DNA from: Octopus sinensis
Taxonomy: Eukaryota
Length of the DNA stretch: 64,000 nt
Reading direction: 5' to 3'
NCBI RefSeq assembly: GCF_006345805.1
Contig: NC_043006.1
Location: 14,074,001 to 14,138,000 of the forward strand
Position numbers and translations under genes: made by a program. Positions 37,111 to 51,546 of the stretch are shown here, in pieces. A model generated the notes under the pieces. It searched no databases and was not told the origin of the DNA. It saw nothing but the letters and a program-made list of their open reading frames with translations. The stretch's first letter is position 1; every line of letters starts with the position of its first letter.

Positions 37111-38439
37111 TATTTATAAAACATTATCTTGCAACCATACTGGGGCATCGCCTTAAATGGTTTAGTCGAGCAAATCAAATCGATCGCAGTAATTTTTTTT
37201 TTTTATTGAAGCATGTTACTTATTCTAACGGTCTATAAACCCCTAATAAAGTTTTCGTCTTCCATAGACTATCAGATAGACCGTATACACACACGATAAG
37301 AATTCAGTGTTTGGTGCAGCCGAATTACCTGCTCCTGAATTGAGGTTGCTAAATATTTCAGACACGGATACCCTTAACTTAATTCTCGAGTTGAATCAGT
37401 AGAATACAGTGTATGACAAGTTTGTCCCTTTTGAATTAAATGTATATTCTACACGACGGTCTTCTATACAGTTTCACTTCTACCCAATTTCGCTCACAGG
37501 GTGTAGATCGGTCCGAGGTTGTAAATAACGAGATTTTCAGAAAATGCGACGCGCTAGAATCGAACCCTAGACATCGTTGTTGTTGAGCGAATATCTTAAC
37601 TAATCGGTTAAGGAGTCAATGAAACACAGTGCCAGTCCTGAATGATGCATTGGTGGAAAAGTCGACCTCGGCGGAATTTGAACCCAGAACGTAACGGCAG
37701 GCGAAATACGGTTACGCGTTTCGCCCGGCGTGCTAACGGTTCTGCCAGCTCACCACGTTGATGTTTTGCAATATCGATGTCGGTTCCTTACATTCTGAAT
37801 TCTTGAGTCGCCCAGTTTATCACTAACTCCTGACACATGAGCTTTTCGTTTCTAGCTTAAGCATTTACGTACCCGATCGACAATCGGCCATATAGAAGTT
37901 CCTTCATTAACTCAAAGAACTACTAAACTCGTGGTAAATAGAACAAAGAGAAGAGACAATGTCGAAAAGTTAGGGCTTGTATTGAATGGCCTTTTGGGTG
38001 GGAGTGCGAGGAGAATGTTTTCTAGTGTTTGTGAGTATAACAGCTGTTCTTTCCCAGTGATAGCAACAGCCTAACGTGGGTCGGATTTGTGTCTTGCAGG
38101 GTACAGAAGAATATAAACTCTGACCCTTGGAACCCTCTTTTAGCGATGTTAATTTTTCTTTGTATTTTCGGGGGGAAAAAAAAATCAGAAGCATATTCTA
38201 AGACAAAATATGCAGGAACATAATCTTAAAAAGAAAAACGCAAGATTCTCGTTGACACCGATATTTGACCTCATTTGATAAAACCTAAACTTGTCAGATA
38301 ATAGATTTTTTTTTTATCTTTTGTTCCACATAACAATCAACAAAAACAATAAAAAAAACAATGAATTTAATCCATTGAAACAACGTACACATCTAGAAAG
38401 AGCTGAAGTCTAACACAGAATTTGATTGTTGAGGTGTCA

Positions 38440-38452
38440 CCAAAAATTATTA

Positions 38453-38498
<46 letters not shown>

Positions 38499-38518
38499 TT
38501 TCCTTATTATTATTATTA

Positions 38519-38591
<73 letters not shown>

Positions 38592-38629
38592 CCTTATTAT
38601 TATTATTATCCTTATTATTATTATTATCC

Positions 38630-38680
<51 letters not shown>

Positions 38681-38776
38681 TTATTATTATTATTATTATC
38701 ATCATTATTATCCTTATTAATATTATTATTATCATTATTATTATTATCATTATTATCCTTAACATTATTATTAACC

Positions 38777-38819
<43 letters not shown>

Positions 38820-38953
38820 CCTTATTATTATTATTATTATCATCATTATTATCCTTATTATTATTATTATCATTATTATTATTATAATCCTTATTATTAT
38901 TATTATAATCCTTATTATTATTATTATTATCCTTATTATTATTATTATCCTTA

Positions 38954-38984
<31 letters not shown>

Positions 38985-39069
38985 CCTATTGTTATTATTA
39001 TTATTATCCTTATTATTATCATTATTATTATTACTATTATCATTATTATTATTATTATTACTATTATCC

Positions 39070-39112
<43 letters not shown>

Positions 39113-39117
39113 TATCC

Positions 39118-39154
<37 letters not shown>

Positions 39155-39267
39155 CCTTATTATTATTATTATTATTATTATTATCCTTATTGTTATTATT
39201 ATTATTATCCTTATTATTATCATTATTATTATTATTATTATCCTTATTATTATTATCATTATTATCC

Positions 39268-39299
<32 letters not shown>

Positions 39300-39300
39300 T
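38440..39300. repeat. About 860-bp interrupted (ATT)n trinucleotide array
   Basis: ATT units with recurrent ATCCTT/ATCATT interruptions. Confidence 0.95.
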
Positions 39301-40047
39301 TAATAAATGTGATAACTGTGATATCACTGATAAGAAAGAGCAGTGTATACAAATGAAATTCACTATAAAACGTGCAGCACGATCTGCAAACAAAATATTG
39401 TATCACACAAAAAGAAATTTCTATTATTGTAGATAACAATTGATAATAAAAAGGAGACAAAATGTGCTTAATGACACCTGCATATGTTTTGATCTCACAA
39501 TATTGCTACGAACATTGAACACTGTACCCTTCTTTGTTCCGTACATCAAGTGAGTGTTATTAAACAAGGGAGACAGAGAGGAAACAGCGTCGTATTGTTT
39601 CGCTTTTGTATTCTCATATTTTGAAAACATTCCTCCATTTTAATAAAATTTTTATTCTTTTTCATTTTGTAAAAAGAAACTATAAAGAATTTTAATGGGA
39701 TGAAGAAAATAGTTGTTGTAATATTGTAATATTAAATACCTTTTTCCATATGTTTTAGCGAAAAATGAAAGGGAAAAACTGGGGTTGAAAGCGCGTAGCA
39801 ATCTAGGTTCTTCTAAACAGAATTCATCACTATTTGAGTAGTATATTGATTCAAGATTAAGCTCAAAGATAATTTTTGAAGGGGAAATATACAAGCCTTT
39901 CTGTCGAGTCTAAAATTCCAGTTGAATTAAAATTCAATAACGTAGGAAAACGAAATAAAATTCTTAAAAGTTTTTTGCTCATCCTGACAGAATTATTTCT
40001 GCAGTTCAGCTATGTAGTGTCGTTTCTGTGAGTCTAATAACTTACAA

Positions 40048-40540
40048 GTGGAGGCGCAATGGCCCAGTGGTTAGGGCAGCGGACTCGCGGTTTCGATTCC
40101 CAGACCGGGCATTGTGAGTGTTTATTGAGCGAAAACACCTAAAGCTCCACGTGGCTCCGGCAGTGGGTGGTGGTGATCCCTGCTGTATTCTTTCGCCACA
40201 ACTTTCTCTCACTCTTTCTTCCTGTTTCTGTTGTACCTGTATTTCAAAGGGCCAGCCTTGTCACACTCTGTGTCACGCTGAATCTCTTAACTACGTTAAG
40301 GGCACACGTGTCTGTGGAGTTCTCAGCCACTTGCACGTTAATAAATGAGTTGCGACGTCACAGGTGCCAAGCTGTATCTGCTGTTGTCTTTCCCTTGGAT
40401 AACATCGGTGGCGTGGAGAAGGGAGCCTGGCATGCGTGGGCGACTGCTAGTCTTCCATAAACCACCTTGCCCGGACTTGTGCCTCGGAGGGTAACTTTCT
40501 AGGTGCAATCCCATGGTCATTCATGACCGAAGGGGGTCAC
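40048..40540 (+). mobile_element. SINE-B chimera with a third tail type
   Basis: SINE-B head and body, then a tail shared with 41470-41665. Confidence 0.8.
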
Positions 40541-40806
40541 AATCACAAACACAATAACTTACAAGGGGGAAAATGACCTCTTGTAGTAGTTTTTAAACAT
40601 TTTAAACTATCCCCGTCACCCTTTTCTTTTACTGGCACTTCTTCAATGGTCCTTTGCTACGGATCAGTACCCATCCACCCATTTTAATGTGCATACACAT
40701 ATCCGACCAGAATAATTTCATTTATAAATGAATATTTGTCACATTACCGTTTAAAGTTAGCTAATGATCCAACATTTGGTACACGTCTTCGGCAAAACTC
40801 ATATTC

Positions 40807-41210
40807 TTACTTTCTTTCTCTTTTTATTTGTTTCAGTCATTTGACTGCGGCCATGCTGGAGCACCGCCTTTAGCCGAGCAAATCGACCCCGGGACTTATT
40901 CTTTGTAAGCCCAGTACTTATTCTATCGGTCTCTTTTGCCGAACCGCTAAGTGAAGGGGACGTAAACACACCAGCATCGGTTGTCAAGCAATGCTAGGGG
41001 GACAAAAACACACTCACAAACACACACACATATATATACATATATACGACAGGCTTCTTTCAGTTTCCGTCTACCAAATCCACTCACAAGGCATTGGTCG
41101 GCCCGGGGCTATAGCAGAAGACACTTGCCCAAGATGCCACGCAGTGGGACTGAACCCGGAACCATGTGGTTGGTAAACAAGCTACTTACCACACAGCCAC
41201 TCCTGCGCCT
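40807..41210 (-). mobile_element. SINE-A, full length
   Basis: Homology to SINE-A. Confidence 0.9.
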
Positions 41211-41342
41211 ATACTTACACTTTGTGCTTCATGTGTATACACACACCTAAACACACACACATACATATGTATATATACACACACAAACACACACACACAT
41301 ATATATATACATGTGTGGTGTGTGTGTGTGTGTGTGTGTGTG

Positions 41343-42031
<689 letters not shown>

Positions 42032-42076
42032 CACACTCGTGTTCCACATCTCCTTTTTTAAATATATATATATATA

Positions 42077-42130
<54 letters not shown>

Positions 42131-42269
42131 ATATATAGTATACTAGGCATTAGAAATTGCTTATGGTTTCTTGGCATCACTGAAGTCATGACAAAACACT
42201 AATGGGGATGTTTTTAATTTTTTTATTGTCTTATTTCTTATTTTACCGATGGCTTGACTGTTCAGGAGA

Positions 42270-42745
42270 GAGCTAAGTCCCAGATCAACTTTCGAAAAAG
42301 TTCCAGATCAACTTTCAATTGTTCTTTCAATTCACGACACACATTCAGTCATGACTACTTTTGATCTTCCGTGAGCAAGTGAGGCACAAATTTTGCTTCA
42401 ACTTTTTTTCATTCGCAACTTCTCACTCAAAATTCGTAGGCAGGAGCTCCAGGACACACTAGTCATATAAAGTTCGTCAATTGTGCGACGACGGTTCTCC
42501 AAGATCAGATCATGAATTTTAGCGATGGTTTCATTCGTTCGGGAAGTCAACGATCGTTCTGAATAAGATTGATCTTCAAGCGACAAGTGACTACTTTTAA
42601 AGTGTGGAAACAACTCGTAAACTTGTGTTTTGCTCATGACAGCGTCCTTGTAAGCAATTTTGAAGCATGACAACTGTTTCGGCTGCCGTTTTCCCAAGCA
42701 GAAAACAGAATTTCACGGAAGCACGTTGTTCCTTCGTTTCAGCCA
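42270..42745 (-). pseudogene. Mariner transposase N-terminal remnant
   Basis: MAETKEQRASVKFCFLLGKTAAET, AYKDAVMSKTQVYE, RRRTIDEL, AKFVPHLLTEDQK across frameshifts. Confidence 0.85.
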
Positions 42746-42979
42746 TCACAAAAATCGACGAACAGGGGAGAAGCACTACAAAACAGTGACGCCCCACATG
42801 GCAGTACGACTACACCCGACGACGAAAGTCGGCAGACTGATTCCTGAGAATCGCATCAAGTGGCTTCTGTTGGCAGAAGCTTGCCCCACTTTTGGGTAAC
42901 CCCTCATACTATGGTTAAGTTAATGAATTTTATAATAGTATATTTCTCTCGTTATTTAGAATATATATATGCATGTATG

Positions 42980-43013
<34 letters not shown>

Positions 43014-43576
43014 TGTATGTATGTATGTATGTATGTATGTATGTATAATTAAAACAAACGGTTCAATTCTGATCATAGAGTTACCAAAGGTGTCCTAAGG
43101 GACAGCTCGTCAGACTCTATACAAGGACAAAAAAATTAAACTTTCTAACACGTGGACGTGAGGAAACACTCAGATTTCGAGGTTTAACCGCTAACGTAGA
43201 AAACCGTTAATGAGAGGATAAAAAAAGTCCTTACAGACCCGAAATAGCCTAACTAACAACCGGGGAGATCCAATTTTCCAGTAGTAGCGCCCGAAATGGA
43301 CACATCTAGAGAAAACTTCTTTATGACTATTCAATGCTCCAGATTTAGTATAGTTCTTTAAAATGTTGATTCTCTCCGCGATGCAGATTCTGCAACGGCC
43401 ACTCCCATTAATATCTGGCCCTGGATGATCTATTATTTTCCACCTGATGTCACATGGGGTCTCTTGAATTTTGAAGTGCCAGACATGGTTGGCCAGAAAC
43501 GTGACAAAACATCTTTATGGGACTCTGAAGGATGACTGGTGATTGCGGAAGCGACGTTCGAAAGATGTACTGGCCG

Positions 43577-43638
<62 letters not shown>

Positions 43639-43702
43639 GTGTGTGTAGTGTGTGTGTGTGTTGTGTGTGTGGTGTGTGTGAGTGTGTGTGTTGTGGTGTT
43701 GT

Positions 43703-44090
43703 GTGGAGGCGCAATGGCCCAGTGGTTAGGGCAGCGGACTCGCGGTCGTAGGATCGCGGTTTCAATTCCCAGACCGGGCGTTGTGAGTGTTTATTGAGCG
43801 AAAACACCTAAAGCTCCACTAGGCTCCGGCAGGGATGGTGGTGATCCCTGCTGTACTCTTTCACCACAACTTTCTCTTCTCTTCACCTTACTTCCTGTTT
43901 CTGTTGTACCTGTATTTTCAAAGGACCGGCCGTGTCACTCTCTGTGTCACGCTGAATATCCCCGAGAACTACGTTAAGGGTACACGTGTCTGTGGAGTGC
44001 TCAGCCACTTACACGTTAATTTCACGAGCAGGCTGTTCCGTTGATCGGATCAACCGGAACCCTCGTCGTCGTAACCGACGGAGTGCTTCC
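43703..44090 (+). mobile_element. SINE-B, full length
   Basis: Homology to 59558-59945. Confidence 0.9.
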
Positions 44091-44189
44091 ATCCATCCAC
44101 CCATCCATTCCATATATATATGTATGTATATATTGAGGAGACCCCTTTCGGTCATGCATGACCATAGGATTGTATGTATGTATGTATAT

Positions 44190-44636
44190 TTACAAACTTG
44201 GGATGTGGCTATATTCGCACTCCTGGTCGGCTCAGCTCCTGGGAATGCTGTTGGTAACACTGTTACTCACGTTGTTGATATGGCGCCATGATTCGGCAGT
44301 GTTATCTCCGTGGTCATCGTTTCTGGTCATATGGTTGGCCATGTAGCTGCCAGCGTTGTGTGGGTGCGGCTGGTGGTAACATATTGTCCGGGGCGGTCAT
44401 CCAATCGGCGTAGAGGATAACTGTTTGGTTATCGTCTGTGGTGGTGTCACTGGGGACGCCGAATACCTCTTCCGTGTCGCTGGTCTTGAATTGGTCGTCA
44501 TCTATAGGTGTGGCGATTTTACTGTTGGTAACATATAGTGCGGGCCTGGTTACTCTCTCGGTGTCGATGATAATGGTTTGATCATCATCTGTGGCGGTGG
44601 TACTGAGGTCGCCGGTTACCTTATCTGTTCCGTTGT
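44190..44636 (-). other. Unique GC-richer segment with Thr/Asp-rich internally repetitive coding potential
   Basis: Minus frame TTATDDDQTIIIDTE / ATPIDDDQF..DTE / TTTDDNQTVI; no family recognised. Confidence 0.35.
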
Positions 44637-45090
44637 ATGTATGCATGTATGTATGTATGTATGTATGTATGTATGTATGTATGTATGTATGTATGTATGC
44701 ATGTATGTATGTATGTATGTACTTATGTATGTATGTATGTATGTATGTATATATGTATGCATGCATGTATGTATGCATGCATGTATGTATGTATGCATGC
44801 ATGCATGTATGCATGCATGCATGTATGTATGTATGTATGTATGTATTATGCATGTATGTATGCATGTATGCATGTATGTATGTATGTATGTATTATGCAT
44901 GCATGTATGTATGTATGTATGTATTATGTATGTATGTATGCATGCATGCATGCATGTATGTATGTATGTATATATGCATGCATGTATGTATGTATGTATG
45001 TATGTATGTATGTATGTATGTATGTATGCATGCATGTATGTATGTATGTTTGTATGTATGCATGCATGTATGTACCTATGTACGTATACA
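44637..45090. repeat. (GTAT)n/(GCAT)n microsatellite
   Basis: Direct inspection. Confidence 0.95.
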
Positions 45091-45241
45091 CGTAACTACC
45101 AGTTGAACTTTATCTTATATTCCTATTTGATTTATCTGTCTACGTGCGAGGTTACCCATGTCTGTTTATACACATGAGTACACAATGAGATTAACAGATA
45201 GCTAGAATTAACAACGTTCAAATTTTATATTTATGATATGC

Positions 45242-45272
<31 letters not shown>

Positions 45273-45627
45273 AAGAAGCTCGCATGTTCCCTAACATAGC
45301 GATAGGTATTTCTTGTATGGAAATATAAGCTATGTCAACGTCATTTAAGTTATATATTAGATTATTATTTAGAATTTACGTGCACAGATGGTCCATACTC
45401 GGTTTCGTTAATTTCATTACTCATATTTCGAAGTCTATTAATCATTGTTCTTATTGTTTATGTCGTTACTGTGATTGCGGTGAAGAATTTGGTTATCATA
45501 ATAAGTCATTTAATTTTTGTGTTTTTCAATTAATGTTTAAAGAAAATGCAAAGACTAAATGAAAAAAGAACTGCACAGACGGGTCCGTCACCTCATCACA
45601 GCCTGCTTTGTTCCCCCGTATCTCATG

Positions 45628-45920
45628 GGAGGCACATGGCCTAGTGGTTAGAGCAGCGGACTCGCGGTCGAGGGATCGCGGGTTCGAATCTCAGATCGGG
45701 TGATGTGTGTTTTTATGAGTGAAGCACCTAAGCTCCAATCGCTCCGGTAGAAGGTAATGGCGAACTTCTGCTGACTCTTTCGCCACAACTTTCTCTCACT
45801 CTTTCCTCCTGCATCTTGCAGCTCACCTGCGACGGACCGGCGTCCCGTCCATGTGGGGAACCTATACGCCAAGGAAACCGGGAAACTGGCCCTTATGAGC
45901 CAGGCATGGCTTGAGAAGGA
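45628..45920 (+). mobile_element. SINE-B/D-related variant
   Basis: tRNA-like head TGGCCTAGTGG…GGTTCGAATC; tail GACCGGCGTCCCGTCC. Confidence 0.75.
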
Positions 45921-45940
45921 AACAAAATCAGTATCTTATA

Positions 45941-46341
45941 ACTTTTATCTTTTACTTGTTTCAAACATTAGACTGTGGCCATGCTGGGACACCACCTTGA
46001 AAAATTTTGGTAGAACGAATCGACCCCAATACTTTTTTCTTTCAAATATGGTACTTATTCTATCAGTCCTCTTTTTGTCGAACTTCTAAGATACGGTGGA
46101 TGTAAATATACCAGCACCGGTCGTCAAGTGTGGTCAGTTGGACACCCACCCACCAATCCACATAAACACAGATCTACGACAGGCTTCTTCCACTTACCCC
46201 TCTACCAAATCTACTCATAATGCTTTTGGTCAGCCAGAAGCTATAGGAGAAGACATTTGCTCAAGGTACCATGCAATGTAACTGAAACTGGGACCATATG
46301 GTTGGGAAGAAAGCTTCTTAACACGCAGCCACACCTGCACC
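45941..46341 (-). mobile_element. SINE-A, old diverged copy
   Basis: Homology to SINE-A. Confidence 0.75.
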
Positions 46342-46528
46342 CACCTAAAATTCTCCATCACCATTAGAGTGTCTCTTGGGTCCGAGTAAGTTCAAAGTGT
46401 ATATACGAGTGGTATTAACTGAGGGTCGTGGCTTATCAAATTTATAAAGTTTTTATCTACTGTTTGCGATCATTCACAGTTCATCACATATTGGGGATAT
46501 TTCGCTGTGTTACAGCGTTACCAAACAT

Positions 46529-46810
46529 ATTTCTTTACTACCCACAAGGGGCTAAACACAGAGAGGACGAACAAGGACAGACAAACGGATTAATTCGATT
46601 ATATCGACCCCAGTGCGTAACTGGTACTTATTTAATCGACCCCAAAATGATGAAAGGCAAATATGAACAAATAGTCCAAAAATACAAAAAAAAACACAGT
46701 CAAAATGAAAGAACAACAAACGGCGTGTATTAGTTTTACGCTCAGGAAAAATGAAAGCAGTCTTTAATGTTTCGAGCCTATGCTCTTCTGCAGAAAGGAT
46801 GGATGACAAG
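46529..46810 (-). mobile_element. SINE-C 3' fragment joined to a diverged family F pLTR (HHR-like motif at 46762-46797, core CUGCAGA)
   Basis: SINE-C homology 46529-46660; family F homology 46670-46810. Confidence 0.65.
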
Positions 46811-47557
46811 AGAAAAAAGAGAAATGACCAGAAGAGGAAGAAATTGACTTGAGGTGTGGATGGCATATGTGTTAAAAACAGACCCTGATAAGACTGTTTA
46901 GTTTACTGCTGTGATGGTATTCTTGGATTAATAAATATCTTGTTAGATTGTTGTGGTCAAACGAAATACCTCTAGGATGTCCTGTAAAAAGGAACCATCC
47001 TTGTTCCCCTAATTAAGCCCTTCAAAAAATGTTAAATAAAAATATCAGGAATACTCTCTAAAGTAGCCTTTTTTTAAGGAAACGAGATTTTAATGATATC
47101 CTTTCAATGTAATTGATAAATAGACATTTGTGCCCTTATTATTAATTAAAACCGCAGACGTAGGCACATTGCGGCCGAATGACTAAGAAATTCACTTCGC
47201 AATCATGAAGCCCTGATTTTGACTTCGCTGCATGGCATATAGGGCAAGTAGAGTTTTCAATCGTTGACTGATACCTTGTTAGTAAAATTTGTTTTCTGAA
47301 TTCAAATCCCACGCTGGAATTTTTCCGAACAGAATAACAAAATAATTTAAATATTGTAATTTTAGATACAGAATGCTAAATTAAACTTAAATATAGATTT
47401 CACATAAAATTATACTCTTGCTTAGTCCCAAATCAGCTCTGTCTGAGCACATCTCTGATGAAAGGTGTTCTGTTCGTAGTCATTACGATATCAATGAAAG
47501 GAAGTATATAATTTCAAAGACTTTCGGCTGATATTTCTTTCAGGTATGATTACAACG

Positions 47558-48047
47558 GTGGAGGCGCGTGGCTTAGTGGTTAGGGTGTCAGCACCATGAT
47601 CGTAAGATTGCAGTTTCAATTCCATGACCGGGCGACGCGTTGTATTCTTGAGCAAAACGTTGCTCCAGTCCACTCAGCTGGCAAAAATGAATAACACTGC
47701 GATGGACTGGCGTCCCGTCCAGCTGGGGAACACATACGCCATTGAAACCGGGAAACCGGGTCCATGAGCCTGTCTAGGCTTTAAAAGGGCGCAGTGGATG
47801 CGTGTGGCTTAGTGGTTAGGGTGTCAGCATCATGATCGTAAGATTGTGGTTTCGATTCCTGGACTGGGCGACGCGTTGTGTTCTTGAGCAAAACACTTCA
47901 TTTCCCGTTGCTTCAGTCCACTCAGCTGGCAAAAATGAGTAACGCTGCGATGGACTGACGTCCCGTCCAGCTGGGGAACACACACGCACTAGAAACCGGG
48001 AAACCGGGCCCATGAGCCTGGCTAGGCTTTAGAAGGGGGCATTTTTT
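47558..48047 (+). mobile_element. SINE-D head-to-tail dimer inside one 13-bp TSD
   Basis: TATGATTACAACG at 47545-47557 and 48048-48060. Confidence 0.9.
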
Positions 48048-48107
48048 TATGATTACAACGTAGAGTAGGAAGTCTGTAAAGTGTAAAGTGATCAATATCG
48101 AACACTG

Positions 48108-48336
48108 CGAGCTGGCACAAATGTTAGCACGCCGGGCGAAATGCGTAGCCGTATTTCGTCTGCCGTTATGTTCTGAGTTCAAATTCCGCCGAGGTTGACT
48201 TTGCCTTTCATCCTTTCGGGGTCGATTAAATAAGTACCAGTTACGCACTGGGGTCGATATAATCGACTTTAATCCCTTCGTCTGTCCTTGTTTGTCCCCT
48301 CTATGTTTAGCCCCTTGTGGGTAGTAAAGAAATATA
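48108..48336 (+). mobile_element. SINE-C with 14-bp TSD
   Basis: AATATCGAACACTG at 48094-48107 and 48337-48350. Confidence 0.9.
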
Positions 48337-48544
48337 AATATCGAACACTGGGTGTCTATATGGCTATCCAAGGGGATCGATAAACACTTAAATCGATTTT
48401 GAGCATTATGGGTGTTGAATTGATAGCAAACCAAATCTGGAAGAATGCAGTAATTTAAGGTTATTATTCACTAATTTCCAGTCAAACAGATGTCACGTTA
48501 AATATTGAATACAAATTTTAGCAGAGGGTCAGTAATTTCAGCGA

Positions 48545-49312
48545 TAGGAGTAAGCCGATTACATCGAACCCAGCGATTAAAATGGGCATAATTTAATCGA
48601 CCCCAAAAGGGGTGGAAGGTAAAGTCGACCCCGGCGGAGTTTGAAAATAGAACGTAAAGACGAACGAAATACCTATTTCTTTACTACCCACAAGGAGCTA
48701 AACACAGAGGGGACAAATAAGGACAGACAAACGGATTAAGTCGATTACATCGACCCCAGCGCGTAACTGGTGCTTATTTTATCGGCCCCGAAAGGCTGAA
48801 AGGCAAAAGTCAACCTCGGCGGAGTTTGAACTCAGAATGTAGCTGTAAACGAAATACCTATTTCTTTTACTGCCCACAAGGGGCTAAACACAGAGAGGAC
48901 AAACAAGGACAGACAAACGGATTAAGTCGATTATATCGACCCCAGTACGTAACTGGTACTTTTTTAATCGACCCCGAAAGGATGAAAGGCAAAGTCGACC
49001 TCGGCGGAATTTGAACTCAGAACGTAACAGCAGACGAAATACCGCAAAGCGTTTCGCCCGGCATGCTAACGTTTCTGCCAGCTCGCCGCCTTTAAAAGAG
49101 TATTTTCTACTCTAGGCACAAGACCCGAAATTTTGGGGGAAGAGGCCAGTCGATTAGATCGACCCCAGTACGCAACTGGTGTTTAATTTATCGACCCCGA
49201 AAGGATGAAAGGCAATGTCGACCTCGGTGGAATTTGAGCTCAGAACGTAGCGGCAGACGAAATACTGCTAAGCATTTCGCCCGGCGTGCTAACGTTTCTG
49301 CCAGCTCGCCGC
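48545..49312 (-). mobile_element. Cluster of four tandem SINE-C copies
   Basis: Repeated SINE-C central domains; junctions AAATACC|TATTTC at 48667 and 48852. Confidence 0.85.
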
Positions 49313-50279
49313 CGGGGTCGGCTTTGCCTGTCATCCTCTCAGGTCTATAAAATAAGCAACAGTTAAGCACAGGGGTCGGTGTAATTGTAATAGACTTTCC
49401 CCTTCCCCAGGAATTAATTGTTCTGTGTCAAAATTTGAAGTCAATCTCATTTTTGAAATTTACACAATGGGGTTCGACAAATTACGAACGATTCCAAGAA
49501 ATGGGTCAGCGATTTAAGGGGTTTGCCGACTCCCAGCGTAGAGAAATCTCCATTGGTTCCATAACAGTTTGATAATACATCATAATTTCTTCACACGAAC
49601 ACACTTGCGTTTCGATATTAAACATTTTGTATTAATACAAATGTAAATTATTAATACAAATATAGTTTATTTATTGCATCTCGCAGGAAATAAAAAGTAA
49701 ACGGTCCTCCGTCAGTTTCGGCGGTCAGTATCCTAAGCTTTCAGTCTATAGGACTGCCGCCTTATTCAATTATATACACACAAAAATCCCGGCGCGCACA
49801 CACACACACACGCACGCATTCATATGTAACCGCACACAATTTCAACACATTCCCAGTGATAAACATTCATAAAATAAGATTGAATCAAATTAAAAATACG
49901 TTCTTACTGTTTCTCCTGGCAGCATGATTAGTATTGATGAGTCTACAGAAAATTCCAGTCAACCGTTTATCTTCGTGACACTTAATTTAATCCAAGATAT
50001 AAATTTGATTTACGCCAAGACCGTAGATAATTTCTCTGTTACGAGTTATAAACGCTGTACGGTAATTCAGCATCGCCTTTCTGTTACTCTGGCAAAGTTT
50101 CACTGTTGCATTCTAAAGTCTAAATATCAATATGTTCGAGTAAATAGTTCGAAAGGTCGCTGAACAGAAATAATTGGAAATCGCTCGAAACATTAGTGAA
50201 GACTTAGACAAGTTAAAGAATGGAAATTACATGTACGTCATGCATTTTAAATGGTTTTAGCCATATAGCCATATGTATG

Positions 50280-51210
<931 letters not shown>

Positions 51211-51546
51211 ATAATGAGGGAGATAATTAATATTATTTTAATATCAATTTAAAACCAGTAGTCTAGCATACAAAAATCTGAGAAATCAGAGAAAATTCTA
51301 ATATATGTGTATATTGGCAGGGCAAGACAGCTAGGTAGTCGGCCGTATGCTAGAAATAGATCATCAACGATCAAAGTAGAAAGAAAGTTCTCTAGAGGAA
51401 AAATTCAGCGAACACCAGAACCAAATTTGGCGGGCAGGACATGAAAATTTATATAAAAAACAGAATTAATTGCATACCTCGGTTTCGGCCTTTAACAAAA
51501 TAATTACTTACATAATTCAAATGTCCGTGGCCTCATATATATATAT

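Noticed and set aside
38367-39460. Long poly-Ile/Leu/Tyr ORFs (up to 293 aa)
   Set aside because: Translations of the (ATT)n array; no stops arise in these frames by construction
49924-50163. 79-aa ORF with SIDEST, resembling the hAT DESTD motif
   Set aside because: A single short motif with no TIRs or further transposase motifs
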